Source: Chloracidobacterium sp.
GTDB taxonomy: Bacteria; Acidobacteriota; Blastocatellia; Pyrinomonadales; Pyrinomonadaceae
DNA length: 54,215 nt
NCBI GenBank assembly: GCA_031376085.1
Contig: JANMDA010000227.1
Coordinates: 1 to 54,215 of the forward strand
Direction: 5' to 3'
Part shown: in pieces, positions 34,400-44,858 of the stretch
Layout of the letters: each line of letters opens with the position of its first letter
Position numbering within the stretch: the stretch's first letter is position 1
Position numbers and translations under genes: made by a program
The notes under the pieces: model-generated
The model's database searches: none
Told to the model about the DNA's origin: nothing
The model's input: only the letters and a program-made list of their open reading frames with translations

Positions 34400-36157
34400 A
34401 TGTGCGGAATTTCCGGAATATTAGGAAAATCATGGAGCGAGTACACCCTCGCCGCTATGGTCACTTCGCAGCGGCATCGCGGGCCGGATGGTGAAGGCAT
34501 ATTTATTTCTCCGGATCGTATTGCGGGGCTGGGACAAAACCGGTTGGCTATCATTGATCTGTCCGATGCGGCCAGCCAGCCTATGTTCAGTGCATCTGGA
34601 AATCTTGTGGTTGTCCTTAATGGAGAAATTTACAATTACCTTGAATTGAAACGAGAGCTTGAGGGCGAATACACATTCCGAACGAAATCCGACACCGAAG
34701 TTTTGTTGGCCGCCTATCAAAAATGGGGACGAGCTTGCTTGGACAAATTGATCGGAATGTTCGCCTTCATCATATGGGATGTGAAAGAGAAAAAGGCTTT
34801 CGCTGCACGGGATCGTTTCGGCGTAAAGCCTTTGAATTTTCATCAGAAGAGTGACGGCACACTGCTTATCGCCAGCGAGATAAAGGCATTGCAAGCCGCC
34901 GGTGTATTACTTGTTCCTGATGAAGTTACTTGGGCGACCTATCTCACCAACGGCCAATATGACCACTCAAAGCGGACGTTTTGGGAAACGATCGAATCCT
35001 TGCCGCCGGGACATTATTTGGAGTGGAGCGACCACAAAATAAAAATCACACGTTGGTATGACATTGCAGAACGCTCAGGCGAAGAATTCGATACGCGGTC
35101 CGAAAATGAAGTTGCGGAAGAGTATCTAGCCTTAATGAAGGAAAGCGTGAAGTTTCGTTTCCGTTCAGATGTTCCTGTTGGCATCAATCTCAGTGGTGGG
35201 TTGGATTCATCGACTCTTTTAGGTTTAGTCCATGCCGTACAAGGCGAAGATAGTGCGGTAAAAGTTTTTACGTTTGCAACGGGCGATGAGAATTATGACG
35301 AATTGCCATGGGTAGAACGAATGATCGCCAAAACAAAGCATGATCTCGTTGTCTGCAAATTGACATCAGATGATGTTCCGGTTTTGGCAAATGAAATTCA
35401 GGCCAGTCAGGACGAACCATTTGGAGGCCTGCCGACGATCGCCTATTCAAATGTCTTTAAGAAAGCAAAGGAAAACGGGGTTACCGTTTTGCTAGACGGA
35501 AACGGGATGGATGAGCAATGGGCCGGCTACGATTATTATATTCCAACCACTAATGGACATAAGCCCGGTTTGATCCAGGGCACAAGGGAATCTCCGGTCA
35601 AGCCGGATTGTCTCATGCCTGAGTTTCGCAATCTGGCCGAGTCGATTGAGTTTCCAACAGTTTTTACAGATAGCGTTCGAAATCTCCAGTATCGTGACAC
35701 ACGATATACCAAGATTCCAAAGGTGCTGCGATTTAACGACCGCATTTCGATGAAGTACTCGACAGAATTGCGGGAACCTTTTTTGGATCACAGGCTTTTC
35801 GAGTTGGCGTTTCGTCAACCAATCGAACGCAAGATCAATAACGGTACACGCAAGGCAATGCTGCGTCAGATAGCAAGCGGATTAATTCCTGAGAGCCTGA
35901 CAGAATCTCCAAAGCGGCCGCTGCAAACTCCGCAGCGTGAATGGCTGCGTCATGAGCTTAGAGACTGGGCGGATCAGACGATCAATACGGCGCTGGATAG
36001 TTTTGCCGGCAACTGGCTTGACCACGGATCGGTGAAGAACACATGGTCGGATTTTTACGGCGGAAAAAGTGACAATAGCTTCTATGTTTGGCAATGGATA
36101 AGTATAGGTTTAATGGCCTCGACACATAAACTGATGCCAGCAGCGGAACGTGTTTGA
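34400..36157 (+). CDS. asparagine synthetase (glutamine-hydrolysing) family amidotransferase
   Basis: MCGISGILG Ntn-Cys N-terminus and PP-loop GINLSGGLDSSTLLG. Confidence 0.85.
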   Translation: MCGISGILGKSWSEYTLAAMVTSQRHRGPDGEGIFISPDRIAGLGQNRLAIIDLSDAASQPMFSASGNLVVVLNGEIYNYLELKRELEGEYTFRTKSDTEVLLAAYQKWGRACLDKLIGMFAFIIWDVKEKKAFAARDRFGVKPLNFHQKSDGTLLIASEIKALQAAGVLLVPDEVTWATYLTNGQYDHSKRTFWETIESLPPGHYLEWSDHKIKITRWYDIAERSGEEFDTRSENEVAEEYLALMKESVKFRFRSDVPVGINLSGGLDSSTLLGLVHAVQGEDSAVKVFTFATGDENYDELPWVERMIAKTKHDLVVCKLTSDDVPVLANEIQASQDEPFGGLPTIAYSNVFKKAKENGVTVLLDGNGMDEQWAGYDYYIPTTNGHKPGLIQGTRESPVKPDCLMPEFRNLAESIEFPTVFTDSVRNLQYRDTRYTKIPKVLRFNDRISMKYSTELREPFLDHRLFELAFRQPIERKINNGTRKAMLRQIASGLIPESLTESPKRPLQTPQREWLRHELRDWADQTINTALDSFAGNWLDHGSVKNTWSDFYGGKSDNSFYVWQWISIGLMASTHKLMPAAERV

Positions 36158-36189
36158 AGTAAAGGCAGAATGAAGGCACAAATTTAACG

Positions 36190-37086
36190 ATGGAAGAAAT
36201 GGCTGAGATCAAGATGGAAAACCATCAACCAAAGGGTGCAAATAATTCCGAAGACTGGACGCTCGTGATACGTCCGAAGAGCGGCTGGTTCGATCTTCAC
36301 CTGTCAGATCTGTGGCGGTATCGCGACCTGATCATAATGTTTGTCCGGCGCGATTTTTTCTCGCTTTATAAACAGACGATCCTCGGACCGCTTTGGTTTT
36401 TCATACAGCCTTTGCTGACAACCCTTACGTTTACTGTGATTTTTGGAAATATTGCCAAGCTCGACACCGACGGTATGCCAAAAGTCTTATTTTATCTATC
36501 GGGCATAACGGCGTGGAATTATTTCTCTGATTGCCTCATGAAAACCTCGGAGACATTTAATGTAAATGCGAGCATTTTCGGCAAAGTGTTTTTTCCGCGG
36601 CTTGTTGTGCCTCTATCCGTGGTTATCTCAAACCTGATCAAATTCGGCATTCAGCTCCTTTTGTTTCTTGCATTTTATCTTTATTTTCTTCTCGGCGACA
36701 ACAATATTCATCCAACGTCAGCTATATTGCTGCTGCCTGTTCTGCTTTTGATGATGGCTGCGCTCGGATTGGGCACCGGCATCCTGGTTTCATCTTTGAC
36801 AACTAAATACCGCGATCTTAGATTTCTGGTTCAATTTGGAACGCAGTTGTTGATGTATACAACGCCGGTCATCTTTCCACTTTCCAAATTGCCCGAGCAG
36901 TATAAGTGGATAATGGCGGCAAACCCGATGACACCGATCATCGAAACATTCCGTTACGCATTTCTGGGAACAGGAACATTCAGTTGGGGACTGCTCGGAT
37001 ATTCTGCCGCGGTTACGGTGATCATTTTTGCAGTTGGGATTGTGCTCTTCAACCGGGTGCAAAAGACGTTTATGGATACGGTTTAA
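36190..37086 (+). CDS. wzm: ABC-2 type polysaccharide export permease
   Basis: LWRYRDLIIMFVRRDFFSLYKQTILGPLWFFIQPLL followed by about 6 TM helices. Adjacent to the ATPase gene. Confidence 0.8.
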   Translation: MEEMAEIKMENHQPKGANNSEDWTLVIRPKSGWFDLHLSDLWRYRDLIIMFVRRDFFSLYKQTILGPLWFFIQPLLTTLTFTVIFGNIAKLDTDGMPKVLFYLSGITAWNYFSDCLMKTSETFNVNASIFGKVFFPRLVVPLSVVISNLIKFGIQLLLFLAFYLYFLLGDNNIHPTSAILLLPVLLLMMAALGLGTGILVSSLTTKYRDLRFLVQFGTQLLMYTTPVIFPLSKLPEQYKWIMAANPMTPIIETFRYAFLGTGTFSWGLLGYSAAVTVIIFAVGIVLFNRVQKTFMDTV

Positions 37087-37165
37087 GAGTCGAAAGTCAT
37101 AGCAATATGAAAGGCATCATTCGTCCTAAAGATTTGGCCTGCAGTAAAGTTTCAGTTTTGTAAAT

Positions 37166-38458
37166 ATGTCTCGAACGGTAATTCAAGTTGAAAATCTTTC
37201 AAAACACTATCGCCTCGGCGTCCTTGGTGGAAAGCGCCTTGTTGACGACTTTAGCCGGCAATGGGCAAAGTTAACTGGGAAACCTGACCCGCTGTCCAAG
37301 ATCGGAGGCAATCCACGCGCAAAGAACAATGGGAAAAATGGTAACAGTGCCGATGAGCTGTGGGCTCTCAACGACGTGTCTTTCGACGTCAAAGAAGGCG
37401 AAGTGCTCGGTATCATAGGCCGCAACGGCGCAGGCAAAAGCACACTGCTCAAGATACTTTCGCGGGTGACCGCTCCGACAACTGGCGAAGTGCGCGTTAA
37501 AGGACGCATCGCGAGTTTATTAGAAGTGGGAACAGGTTTTCATCCTGAACTTACCGGCCGCGAGAATCTCTTTCTAAACGGGGCCATTCTTGGCATGACT
37601 AAGACCGAGATCCGAGCGAAGTTTGATGAAATTGTCGATTTTGCCGAGGTCGAGAAATTTATCGATACGCCGGTCAAACGTTATTCGAGCGGTATGTATG
37701 TGCGCCTCGCGTTTGCCGTCGCGGCGCATCTCGAGCCTGAGATACTGATCGTCGATGAAGTGTTGGCAGTCGGTGATGCGGAATTTCAAAAGAAGTGTTT
37801 GGGTAAGATGGGGAATGTGGCTTCGCAGGGCAGGACAGTGCTTTTTGTAAGTCACAACATGGTTGCCGTGCAAACACTTTGTCGCCGTGCAATTATGCTG
37901 AGTGACGGACAATTAACAGGACAAGGCGAGCCGGCGGATATGATAACTGAATATCTGCAGAGTTTCACTGTTCAGGAACAAGTCTCCAAATGGGATTCAC
38001 CGGATGCAGCCCCAGGTAATGATGTATTAAAGATCAAAAGCATCAAAATTGCTCCTGAGGGCAGCCAGCCCGACGGGATAATCAGTATGCAGGCTCCGAT
38101 CAATATTGAAACGGAATTCTGGTCGATAACGCCTGGTCGGGCGGTCCATATTAGTTATCATTTGCTCAATGAACAAGGGATCGTTGTGTTGACAACCAGC
38201 TCCACCTCAACCCAGTACGATACAGGTATTTATAGATCTGCGTTACAGATACCGGGCGGATTACTTAATTCCGGGCTCTACCATCTTAAGCTGATCATCG
38301 TTGAGAGCGGAGCACGGGCGACATACACCAATAATGGGATTGCCTCGTTCAGTGTCGTTGATGTGTCGTCAAGGACAATTGGTTACTTGGGCAAAGAACC
38401 AGGTGTAGTTCAGCCTTCTCTGGCCTGGCATACCGAGAGTATCGGCAATATTAAATGA
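37166..38458 (+). CDS. wzt: polysaccharide ABC transporter ATP-binding protein with C-terminal glycan-binding-type extension
   Basis: Walker A GRNGAGKST, signature YSSGMYVRLAFA and Walker B ILIVDEVLAVGD. An extra ~180-aa C-terminal beta-rich domain resembles that of Wzt/TagH. Confidence 0.85.
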   Translation: MSRTVIQVENLSKHYRLGVLGGKRLVDDFSRQWAKLTGKPDPLSKIGGNPRAKNNGKNGNSADELWALNDVSFDVKEGEVLGIIGRNGAGKSTLLKILSRVTAPTTGEVRVKGRIASLLEVGTGFHPELTGRENLFLNGAILGMTKTEIRAKFDEIVDFAEVEKFIDTPVKRYSSGMYVRLAFAVAAHLEPEILIVDEVLAVGDAEFQKKCLGKMGNVASQGRTVLFVSHNMVAVQTLCRRAIMLSDGQLTGQGEPADMITEYLQSFTVQEQVSKWDSPDAAPGNDVLKIKSIKIAPEGSQPDGIISMQAPINIETEFWSITPGRAVHISYHLLNEQGIVVLTTSSTSTQYDTGIYRSALQIPGGLLNSGLYHLKLIIVESGARATYTNNGIASFSVVDVSSRTIGYLGKEPGVVQPSLAWHTESIGNIK

Positions 38459-38502
38459 ACGGTTGACCGGCTTAAGATAGGTAGCAATCTCTGTCAGCAA
38501 TA

Positions 38503-39666
38503 ATGCTAAATCAGCTTACACAACCGTCCTCCAAAACCGTAACCGCCCCAAATCCGGCTACTTCGCTTATGGCTGAGTGGAAGGAAGTGCCTACAGTGGA
38601 CGTTAAACACTGGGGTGATATGTTGGAATCGACATCGTGTTCGTATCGCCAGTTTCCATACTGGGTAAAAGCATACGAAGCGGAAAATCATAAAGCCCGC
38701 TTTTTTTATTGCGGGAGCAAGGATCAGCCAACAGCATTTGCCGCGATCGTCGAAGTCGGCACTTATCCTTTTCGCTTTGGTTTGATCGATCGCGGCCCGT
38801 TTTTCTTTGAGCCGGAAAACACTGACATCGCTGCACGCTTAGCAGATTTGGTTGAACTGTTAAAGAAGGAAGACTATGTTTTTGTTCGATTTACGCAGGG
38901 GCAGGAAGTTATATTTGAAGAAGTTCGTGCCTTGAAAAATATTGAGCAGATGGAACCATATCCATTTTGCCGAGATTCACGGAATTCATTGCTGATCGAG
39001 CAAAAAGCTGACGATGCTGAAACTATCCAGAGTTTTAGTGAGACGGCAAGGCAGGATATAAGGCGAGCGATGCGTTTTAATTACGAAATACGCTCATCGG
39101 ATACCGATGCGGATTTTGAGACAGCATGGCAAATGTTCGAAAAACTTGCATTAAAAAAAGGATTTTTACTGTCACCCAGGCCTAAAAAATTTTGGCGTGA
39201 AGTTTTCAAACTGGGCTCACAGGAAAACCGTGCTGAGCTGCATCTTTGTTCCGATCAGGGAGAACTGAACGCCGCCCAGCTTTATGTGAGAGACGGAGCG
39301 ATCTGTGAAGTGACGCTCGCAGCTTTGGACCAAGAAGTTTTGGGCAAAAAGCCAAGCCCGGCCGCTCTGATGTTTTTTACGGGGATGCGTTTCGGTTATG
39401 AATACGGCTGCGGCCACTTCAATATCGGCGGCCCCGGCGATTCAAAAAGAAATAATCATCTTTTTGAATTTAAAAGAAAATTCAAGCCGACACTGCATGT
39501 CGCTCCCGAACCGCTTTGCCTCGTTTTGGCGCCTCGACGCTATCAACTATGGATGAAAGTTATTCTCAGAGGATGGCGGGCATGGCGGGCTCGATTTGGC
39601 AAGCGTCGCGCGAAGCAGCTAAATCAGATAACATCAGCCAAGACGGATAAATTAAATAACCTTTAA
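38503..39666 (+). CDS. FemAB-like / GNAT-fold acyl(aminoacyl)transferase (tentative)
   Basis: The length, two-lobed organisation and context resemble the FemAB-related proteins of EPS loci. No sharp motif was verified by eye. Confidence 0.4.
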   Translation: MLNQLTQPSSKTVTAPNPATSLMAEWKEVPTVDVKHWGDMLESTSCSYRQFPYWVKAYEAENHKARFFYCGSKDQPTAFAAIVEVGTYPFRFGLIDRGPFFFEPENTDIAARLADLVELLKKEDYVFVRFTQGQEVIFEEVRALKNIEQMEPYPFCRDSRNSLLIEQKADDAETIQSFSETARQDIRRAMRFNYEIRSSDTDADFETAWQMFEKLALKKGFLLSPRPKKFWREVFKLGSQENRAELHLCSDQGELNAAQLYVRDGAICEVTLAALDQEVLGKKPSPAALMFFTGMRFGYEYGCGHFNIGGPGDSKRNNHLFEFKRKFKPTLHVAPEPLCLVLAPRRYQLWMKVILRGWRAWRARFGKRRAKQLNQITSAKTDKLNNL

Positions 39667-39674
39667 TTAACCTT

Positions 39675-40577
39675 ATGCCAAAGCGTATCTTCCGCATTCT
39701 GAACTCATATATCGTGCGTGCCGGCCCGTATCGTTTTATTACGAAACGATATTTCGGGACAAATAATATTACTTTGACCTCGCGAATCCTCGAGATCGAA
39801 TCATTCAGGCATGATGTAGTCCCGCAGCGTCTGCCGGTTGCATCCTGCAAGTCGATTCTTTTGCTTGCACCTCACCAGGACGACGAGGTGGTCGGAGCGG
39901 GCGGCACACTCGCTTTGGCAAGAGATGCAGGTGTCGAGATCTCTATCGTTTACTGCACTGACGGCCAGCAAAACGATGTAGAAAGTGAGGTGCGAAGAAA
40001 GGAAAGCCAAAATGTTTGCAAACGGCTGGGCGCGAAGATGTTCGAATTGAATATCTCAAATCTAAAGCCAAAGCCGGAAAAGAAAGATCTAGAGAATCTT
40101 AATGAGATAATTCATACTGTCAATCCTGATGTGATCCTGTGTCCGTGGCTATTTGATGGTGCGCCGAAGCACCGGATGATCAATCACATTCTCTGGTTGG
40201 CGAATAAACTGGCTCGATTACCTGACATCGAGATCTGGGGTTATCAGGTTCAAAATACGCTTCTTCCTAATGGTTTTGTCGATATTACATCGGTAGCTGA
40301 CGAAAAACGCGCGCTGCTTGAGTGCTTTCCATCACAAAATGTTGACAGACATTACGATCATCTTGCAATGGGGCTTGCGGCGTGGAATTCCCGATTACTT
40401 TCAAAAAGTGCAGCACCTGCTTTCGTTGAGATATTCTTCACCTTGCCGGCACGCGAATTGATGAAACTGATCGACCGTTTTTATTTCGAAGATATTGAAA
40501 TTACTTATGCCGGAGAGCCGACAATTACAGCAAATCTCAAGGAACTGCATCAATCCATTACAAAGAAAGAATTATGA
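39675..40577 (+). CDS. PIG-L/LmbE family N-acetylglucosaminyl deacetylase
   Basis: LLLAPHQDDEVVGAGGT zinc-site motif and downstream HYDH. Confidence 0.75.
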   Translation: MPKRIFRILNSYIVRAGPYRFITKRYFGTNNITLTSRILEIESFRHDVVPQRLPVASCKSILLLAPHQDDEVVGAGGTLALARDAGVEISIVYCTDGQQNDVESEVRRKESQNVCKRLGAKMFELNISNLKPKPEKKDLENLNEIIHTVNPDVILCPWLFDGAPKHRMINHILWLANKLARLPDIEIWGYQVQNTLLPNGFVDITSVADEKRALLECFPSQNVDRHYDHLAMGLAAWNSRLLSKSAAPAFVEIFFTLPARELMKLIDRFYFEDIEITYAGEPTITANLKELHQSITKKEL

Positions 40578-41485
40578 ACAGCAGGATGAGATCGATAATA
40601 AGGTCTGTAAAAAAGACAGATTTGGTGTGGCGTTACGGATCAAACCTTTCGCCGACTATTGATTACAAGATCAATAATAAAAGCCCGCTTAGTGGTATCG
40701 AAAAAAGTATCACTAAAACGCTTAATTCAGATGGTATAGCCGTTACCTCAGTCGAAGAACTTTTTGATAACGACTCGGAGTTCTTAGCATTGAAAGAAGC
40801 CACTAGACGTTTGTTGGAAGACAAAAAATCAGAGATCGATGACCTCAAGTCAAAGGTAAATGACCAGGCCATCGGTGATAAGACTTTTAATTTGGAAATG
40901 TTGGGCAGCGAATTAACTTTCGATACTGAAAGCGCATTTGCGCGGTTTGCACTGAATAACCGCTTGTTGAATATAGCGAATGCGTATTTTGGGATGTACG
41001 CCAAATTGCGTTATTACAATGTGTGGAAGACGTTCGCGTCGCAGGGCAAAGCGCGTGAGTCTCAGCTTTGGCATTTTGATCGTGAGGACAATTACATACT
41101 CAAGCTTTTTCTTTATTTAGATGATGTAGACGAGGGAGCCGGGCCATTTACCTACGCACCGGGAACGCATAGAAAAGGCCAGTTTCGGTCGATCGAGCCG
41201 GAATTTTTCATAGAGGGCGGAGTGCGTCGCACGACTGACGACCAGATGAACGCAGTCTTTCCAAAGGAAAATTGGAAAAAAGGCACTGGTAAGAAGGGAA
41301 CCATAATTTTTGCCGACACCAGAGGCTTTCACAAAGGCGGAGAGGCGAGAACAAAGGATCGGCTGATGTACACCTGCATGTATACATCTCGAGCCTCGGA
41401 ATCAAAGGAACTTCTCAAGATTCCATCGAATCTCGGGGCTAACGCATTGACCACGGATCAATTGAGAAATTTAGGTATTCGATAA
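40574..41485 (+). CDS. phytanoyl-CoA dioxygenase-like Fe(II)/2-oxoglutarate oxygenase
   Basis: WHFDRED (H-x-D), LYLDDVDEGAGPFTYAPGTH, and a distal FHKGG. ATGA overlap with the previous gene. Confidence 0.55.
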   Translation: MNSRMRSIIRSVKKTDLVWRYGSNLSPTIDYKINNKSPLSGIEKSITKTLNSDGIAVTSVEELFDNDSEFLALKEATRRLLEDKKSEIDDLKSKVNDQAIGDKTFNLEMLGSELTFDTESAFARFALNNRLLNIANAYFGMYAKLRYYNVWKTFASQGKARESQLWHFDREDNYILKLFLYLDDVDEGAGPFTYAPGTHRKGQFRSIEPEFFIEGGVRRTTDDQMNAVFPKENWKKGTGKKGTIIFADTRGFHKGGEARTKDRLMYTCMYTSRASESKELLKIPSNLGANALTTDQLRNLGIR

Positions 41486-41522
41486 CGATTAGGCGTTTCT
41501 TATCTAATCATTTTAGTGCCCG

Positions 41523-42977
41523 ATGACTAAACTTGACTCCACAATTTCCAACGGCAATTTGTCCGACGCCGAGAAGTCCAAGAATATTAATATTCTCCTT
41601 CTTTCCACATCTTTATTAGTCGATCGTGTGTTTTTGCACACCGAACTAGTCAAAACGCTGACGCAAAAAGGAAGTGTGTCGGTATGGGCGAGTTCATATA
41701 CCGAAGGTGCGGAATCCTGCTGGTCTGATGTGGACGCCGATATTAAAACTTTCCCTCACATTCGAGCTTTCAAGGAAATTCCTCATAACTATCTTCGCAG
41801 GCTCAATGAATTTGTTTGGGATTATCGTTATTTGCCGGCAAGCCGGATGAGCATGATGGAGCATGTGAGAGACAAGCGCTCCGCACTGCGAATACGCGCA
41901 TTAAAGCCGCCCGCCAAGCTGCTCGCGATGCTCCAAACAGAACGCGGAGTGGAGAACAATCTTGAGAAATTACTGCTGTCATATCCGCGTTCGGATGAGG
42001 CCGAAGCTCGTCTTAAAGAAAGCAGGCCGGATGTAATCGTTTCAACCGGCCCTTTCCAATTTGAGCAACCAGCGGTTTTTGCAGCGGCGAAAAAATTAGG
42101 CATCCCGACTCTGGCATATATTCCCTCATGGGATAACATCTCAACAAAAAACCGAATGGTATTTAAATATGACGGTTATATTGTTTGGAATGAAAAAGCG
42201 AAAGAGGAGTTACATGAATTCTACCCGGAAACAAAAAATTCTCCGGTTTACGCTGTCGGAGCACCTCAGTTCGATATTTTTTTTCAGGAACGCTTTTATG
42301 TAGATCGAAAAGAGTTTTGCAGTCAACAGAGTCTGGATCCAAATCTTCCGATCATCGTTTACGCAGTTGGCTCGCCGAATTTTCTACAAGAGAAACACGG
42401 TGCGGAATACATGGCAAAGCGTGTTGCGAATGGCGACCTCGGCAATATGCAGCTTTTGGTCAGGCCGCATCCGATCCACGACAATGCTGAGATGAAGGAA
42501 CTCTTCGATCTCTATCAACCGAAGGTTCGACTGCAAGAGACGCCCAACACGGGCAAAGCATTAACCAAGAGAACTCAGGATGAGCTACAGATCGTCGAAT
42601 GGGTAAATACATTCAGACACGCGGATGTTGTCGTTAATCTATCTTCGACCGTCACGATCGATGCCGCAATATTTGATAAGCCCGTTGTGAATCTTGATTT
42701 CGATCCCCAACCCGGGCAGGCAGATCAGCAATTGATCAAAGATGTAAATCACAAATGGAGCCACTTTAAACCAATAGCAGAGTCGGGCGGTGTTTGGTTA
42801 GTGAATGATTTTGATGAAATGGTAAATGCGGTCAGAGTTTATTTGGAACAGCCCGATCTTCATCGTGAAAAGCGAAGGTGGATGGCCGAATATGTTTGCG
42901 GACATTTGGACGGCAAAAATAGTGAGCGCATGGCGAATGCGATAATTGATTTTACAACGGGGAAATCGGCGAACTAA
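41523..42977 (+). CDS. GT-B-like transferase of unknown specificity (TagF/KpsS/sialyltransferase-like 'HP' motif), paralogue of 45713-47161
   Basis: Aligns by eye with 45713-47161 (IPTLAYIPSWDN / IPTATFIFSWDN; GAPQFDIFFQ / GTPQFDFHFQ; FDKPVVNL / FDKPVINV). Carries LLVRPHPIHD. Confidence 0.45.
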   Translation: MTKLDSTISNGNLSDAEKSKNINILLLSTSLLVDRVFLHTELVKTLTQKGSVSVWASSYTEGAESCWSDVDADIKTFPHIRAFKEIPHNYLRRLNEFVWDYRYLPASRMSMMEHVRDKRSALRIRALKPPAKLLAMLQTERGVENNLEKLLLSYPRSDEAEARLKESRPDVIVSTGPFQFEQPAVFAAAKKLGIPTLAYIPSWDNISTKNRMVFKYDGYIVWNEKAKEELHEFYPETKNSPVYAVGAPQFDIFFQERFYVDRKEFCSQQSLDPNLPIIVYAVGSPNFLQEKHGAEYMAKRVANGDLGNMQLLVRPHPIHDNAEMKELFDLYQPKVRLQETPNTGKALTKRTQDELQIVEWVNTFRHADVVVNLSSTVTIDAAIFDKPVVNLDFDPQPGQADQQLIKDVNHKWSHFKPIAESGGVWLVNDFDEMVNAVRVYLEQPDLHREKRRWMAEYVCGHLDGKNSERMANAIIDFTTGKSAN

Positions 42978-42981
42978 TAAT

Positions 42982-44856
42982 ATGTGCGGCATATCCGGAA
43001 TGTTTCAACGAAACGGGGGCCAGGCCTCGTTAGAGACCGTCAAAGAGATCGGCCTGACAATGGCGCATCGCGGGCCGGATAATTTCGGCATTCAGCAGCG
43101 CGGTAAAGTTGCGATGGCACATAATCGCCTGAGTTTACTTGACCTATCGGAAGCAGCAAACCAGCCTTTCTCAAACGACAGATATAACCTTTCTTACAAC
43201 GGCGAGATATACAATTTCCAACAAATACGAGACAAACTCGAGAGGGAATACAATTTAGAATTTAAGACAACATCGGATACCGAAGTTTTGTTTTATTCCC
43301 TCATTCATGAGGGCGTCGATGCATGTTTGCAGCAGGTCAAAGGCATGTTTTCCTTCGCTTTTTATGATGAAGTAGAAGACACACTTATTCTCGCTCGCGA
43401 TCGGATGGGAATAAAACCGCTCTACTATTATGAAAAAGGCGGAGCACTCTATTGGGCGTCTGAAATAAAAGCTCTCGCAAAAGTACTGGACTTAAAACCT
43501 GACCCGATCAGAACTCTTTTTGCTGCCAATAATATGGCAGAAAAATCGGTAGAGCATACTTTATTCAAAGGGCTGCGCTCCGTCCATCCCGGTTGCTATT
43601 TACGCGTTGCCAAAAATAATGATCCGCAAACAATCACCTATTACGATGTGCTGGACGATTTCGATCCCGATCTCTATCGTGAATTGAATGGACAAACATC
43701 GGACAAAGTTTTAGCGACCTTTGAAGATCTTTTCACTGAGAGCGTGCGAAGCATGTTGATCAGTGATGCACCTGTCGGAGCTTTTGTAAGCGGCGGGATC
43801 GACTCCAGTCTTATCTCTGCGGTCGCAACAAAGTGCAGTGCCGACATTAAGTTGTTTACGGCAAATGTGGTAGGAAAATATTCCGAATTTCCAGATGTTG
43901 AAAGGTTGTCAAAACATCTTAACAAGGAAGTTTTTTCATATAAGTTCGAGCCGGAAATGATCCTTCGCGACTGGGCCGATGTAACTTACTTTTACGATTG
44001 CCCTATCGTCATTCATGTTAATTCCATTCCTTTTTCAAATGTGGCGCGTCTGGCTCGTGATTCCGGCGTAAAAGCTGTCTTGACCGGTGAGGGAGCAGAT
44101 GAACTGTTTCTTGGTTACCCTCAATTATTGGCTAAACGGTTTAAGTCTCTGGCTTCGTCTCCGGTTAACGCTGTTAAATCACTGTATAAGTTCGCTCCAA
44201 AATTAGATAAGTTTTTATTTCCGGAAAATGTGAATACACCCGTGTCATTCATCAGCAAACTGGTCGAGGGATTTGAGCTGCCGCATCTGCGGATGAGAGC
44301 GGAAGAAAAATTTAGTTTTCTTGGTAAACAGAATCAGGGCGAACAGTATTTAACTATCAATATGATCAGAGAACATCTGGTCACTTTGCTTCACCGCAAC
44401 GATCGGATGGGAATGATGTCCTCGATCGAGGCGAGATTTCCTTTTTTAGACGAAAGCCTCGTGAAATTTGCAATAAATTTGCCGTCCAAATTCAAGATCG
44501 GAAGGTCAAGCAGATTTCATAATTATCGGCATCCTTTTCTCATCGATAAATGGATCGTGCGAAAGACAGCAGAAAAATACTTACCTGCGGAATTGGTGAC
44601 TAAGCAAAAGAACGGCTTCCCGATGTTTGGCCATAAATTTATCAAGATCAAAGACGGATTTTTTGAAAACGGCTGGGTGGCGGACAGCCTCGGTTTAAGT
44701 AAAGAAGCTCAGGCGTTTTTCATTAAAACGCAGGATCCATATTTTGTCGCCAAGCTTGCTTCGGTCGAAATATTTGGCCGAATGTTCGATCAGGGAGATT
44801 CGCTGGAAAAGACTAAAGAGCACGTTCTAAAATACGCCGAGATCACAAACGTATAA
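42982..44856 (+). CDS. asparagine synthetase (glutamine-hydrolysing) family amidotransferase
   Basis: MCGISGMF Ntn-Cys start (start moved from 42946) and PP-loop GAFVSGGIDSSLISA. Confidence 0.85.
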   Translation: MCGISGMFQRNGGQASLETVKEIGLTMAHRGPDNFGIQQRGKVAMAHNRLSLLDLSEAANQPFSNDRYNLSYNGEIYNFQQIRDKLEREYNLEFKTTSDTEVLFYSLIHEGVDACLQQVKGMFSFAFYDEVEDTLILARDRMGIKPLYYYEKGGALYWASEIKALAKVLDLKPDPIRTLFAANNMAEKSVEHTLFKGLRSVHPGCYLRVAKNNDPQTITYYDVLDDFDPDLYRELNGQTSDKVLATFEDLFTESVRSMLISDAPVGAFVSGGIDSSLISAVATKCSADIKLFTANVVGKYSEFPDVERLSKHLNKEVFSYKFEPEMILRDWADVTYFYDCPIVIHVNSIPFSNVARLARDSGVKAVLTGEGADELFLGYPQLLAKRFKSLASSPVNAVKSLYKFAPKLDKFLFPENVNTPVSFISKLVEGFELPHLRMRAEEKFSFLGKQNQGEQYLTINMIREHLVTLLHRNDRMGMMSSIEARFPFLDESLVKFAINLPSKFKIGRSSRFHNYRHPFLIDKWIVRKTAEKYLPAELVTKQKNGFPMFGHKFIKIKDGFFENGWVADSLGLSKEAQAFFIKTQDPYFVAKLASVEIFGRMFDQGDSLEKTKEHVLKYAEITNV

Positions 44857-44858
44857 TC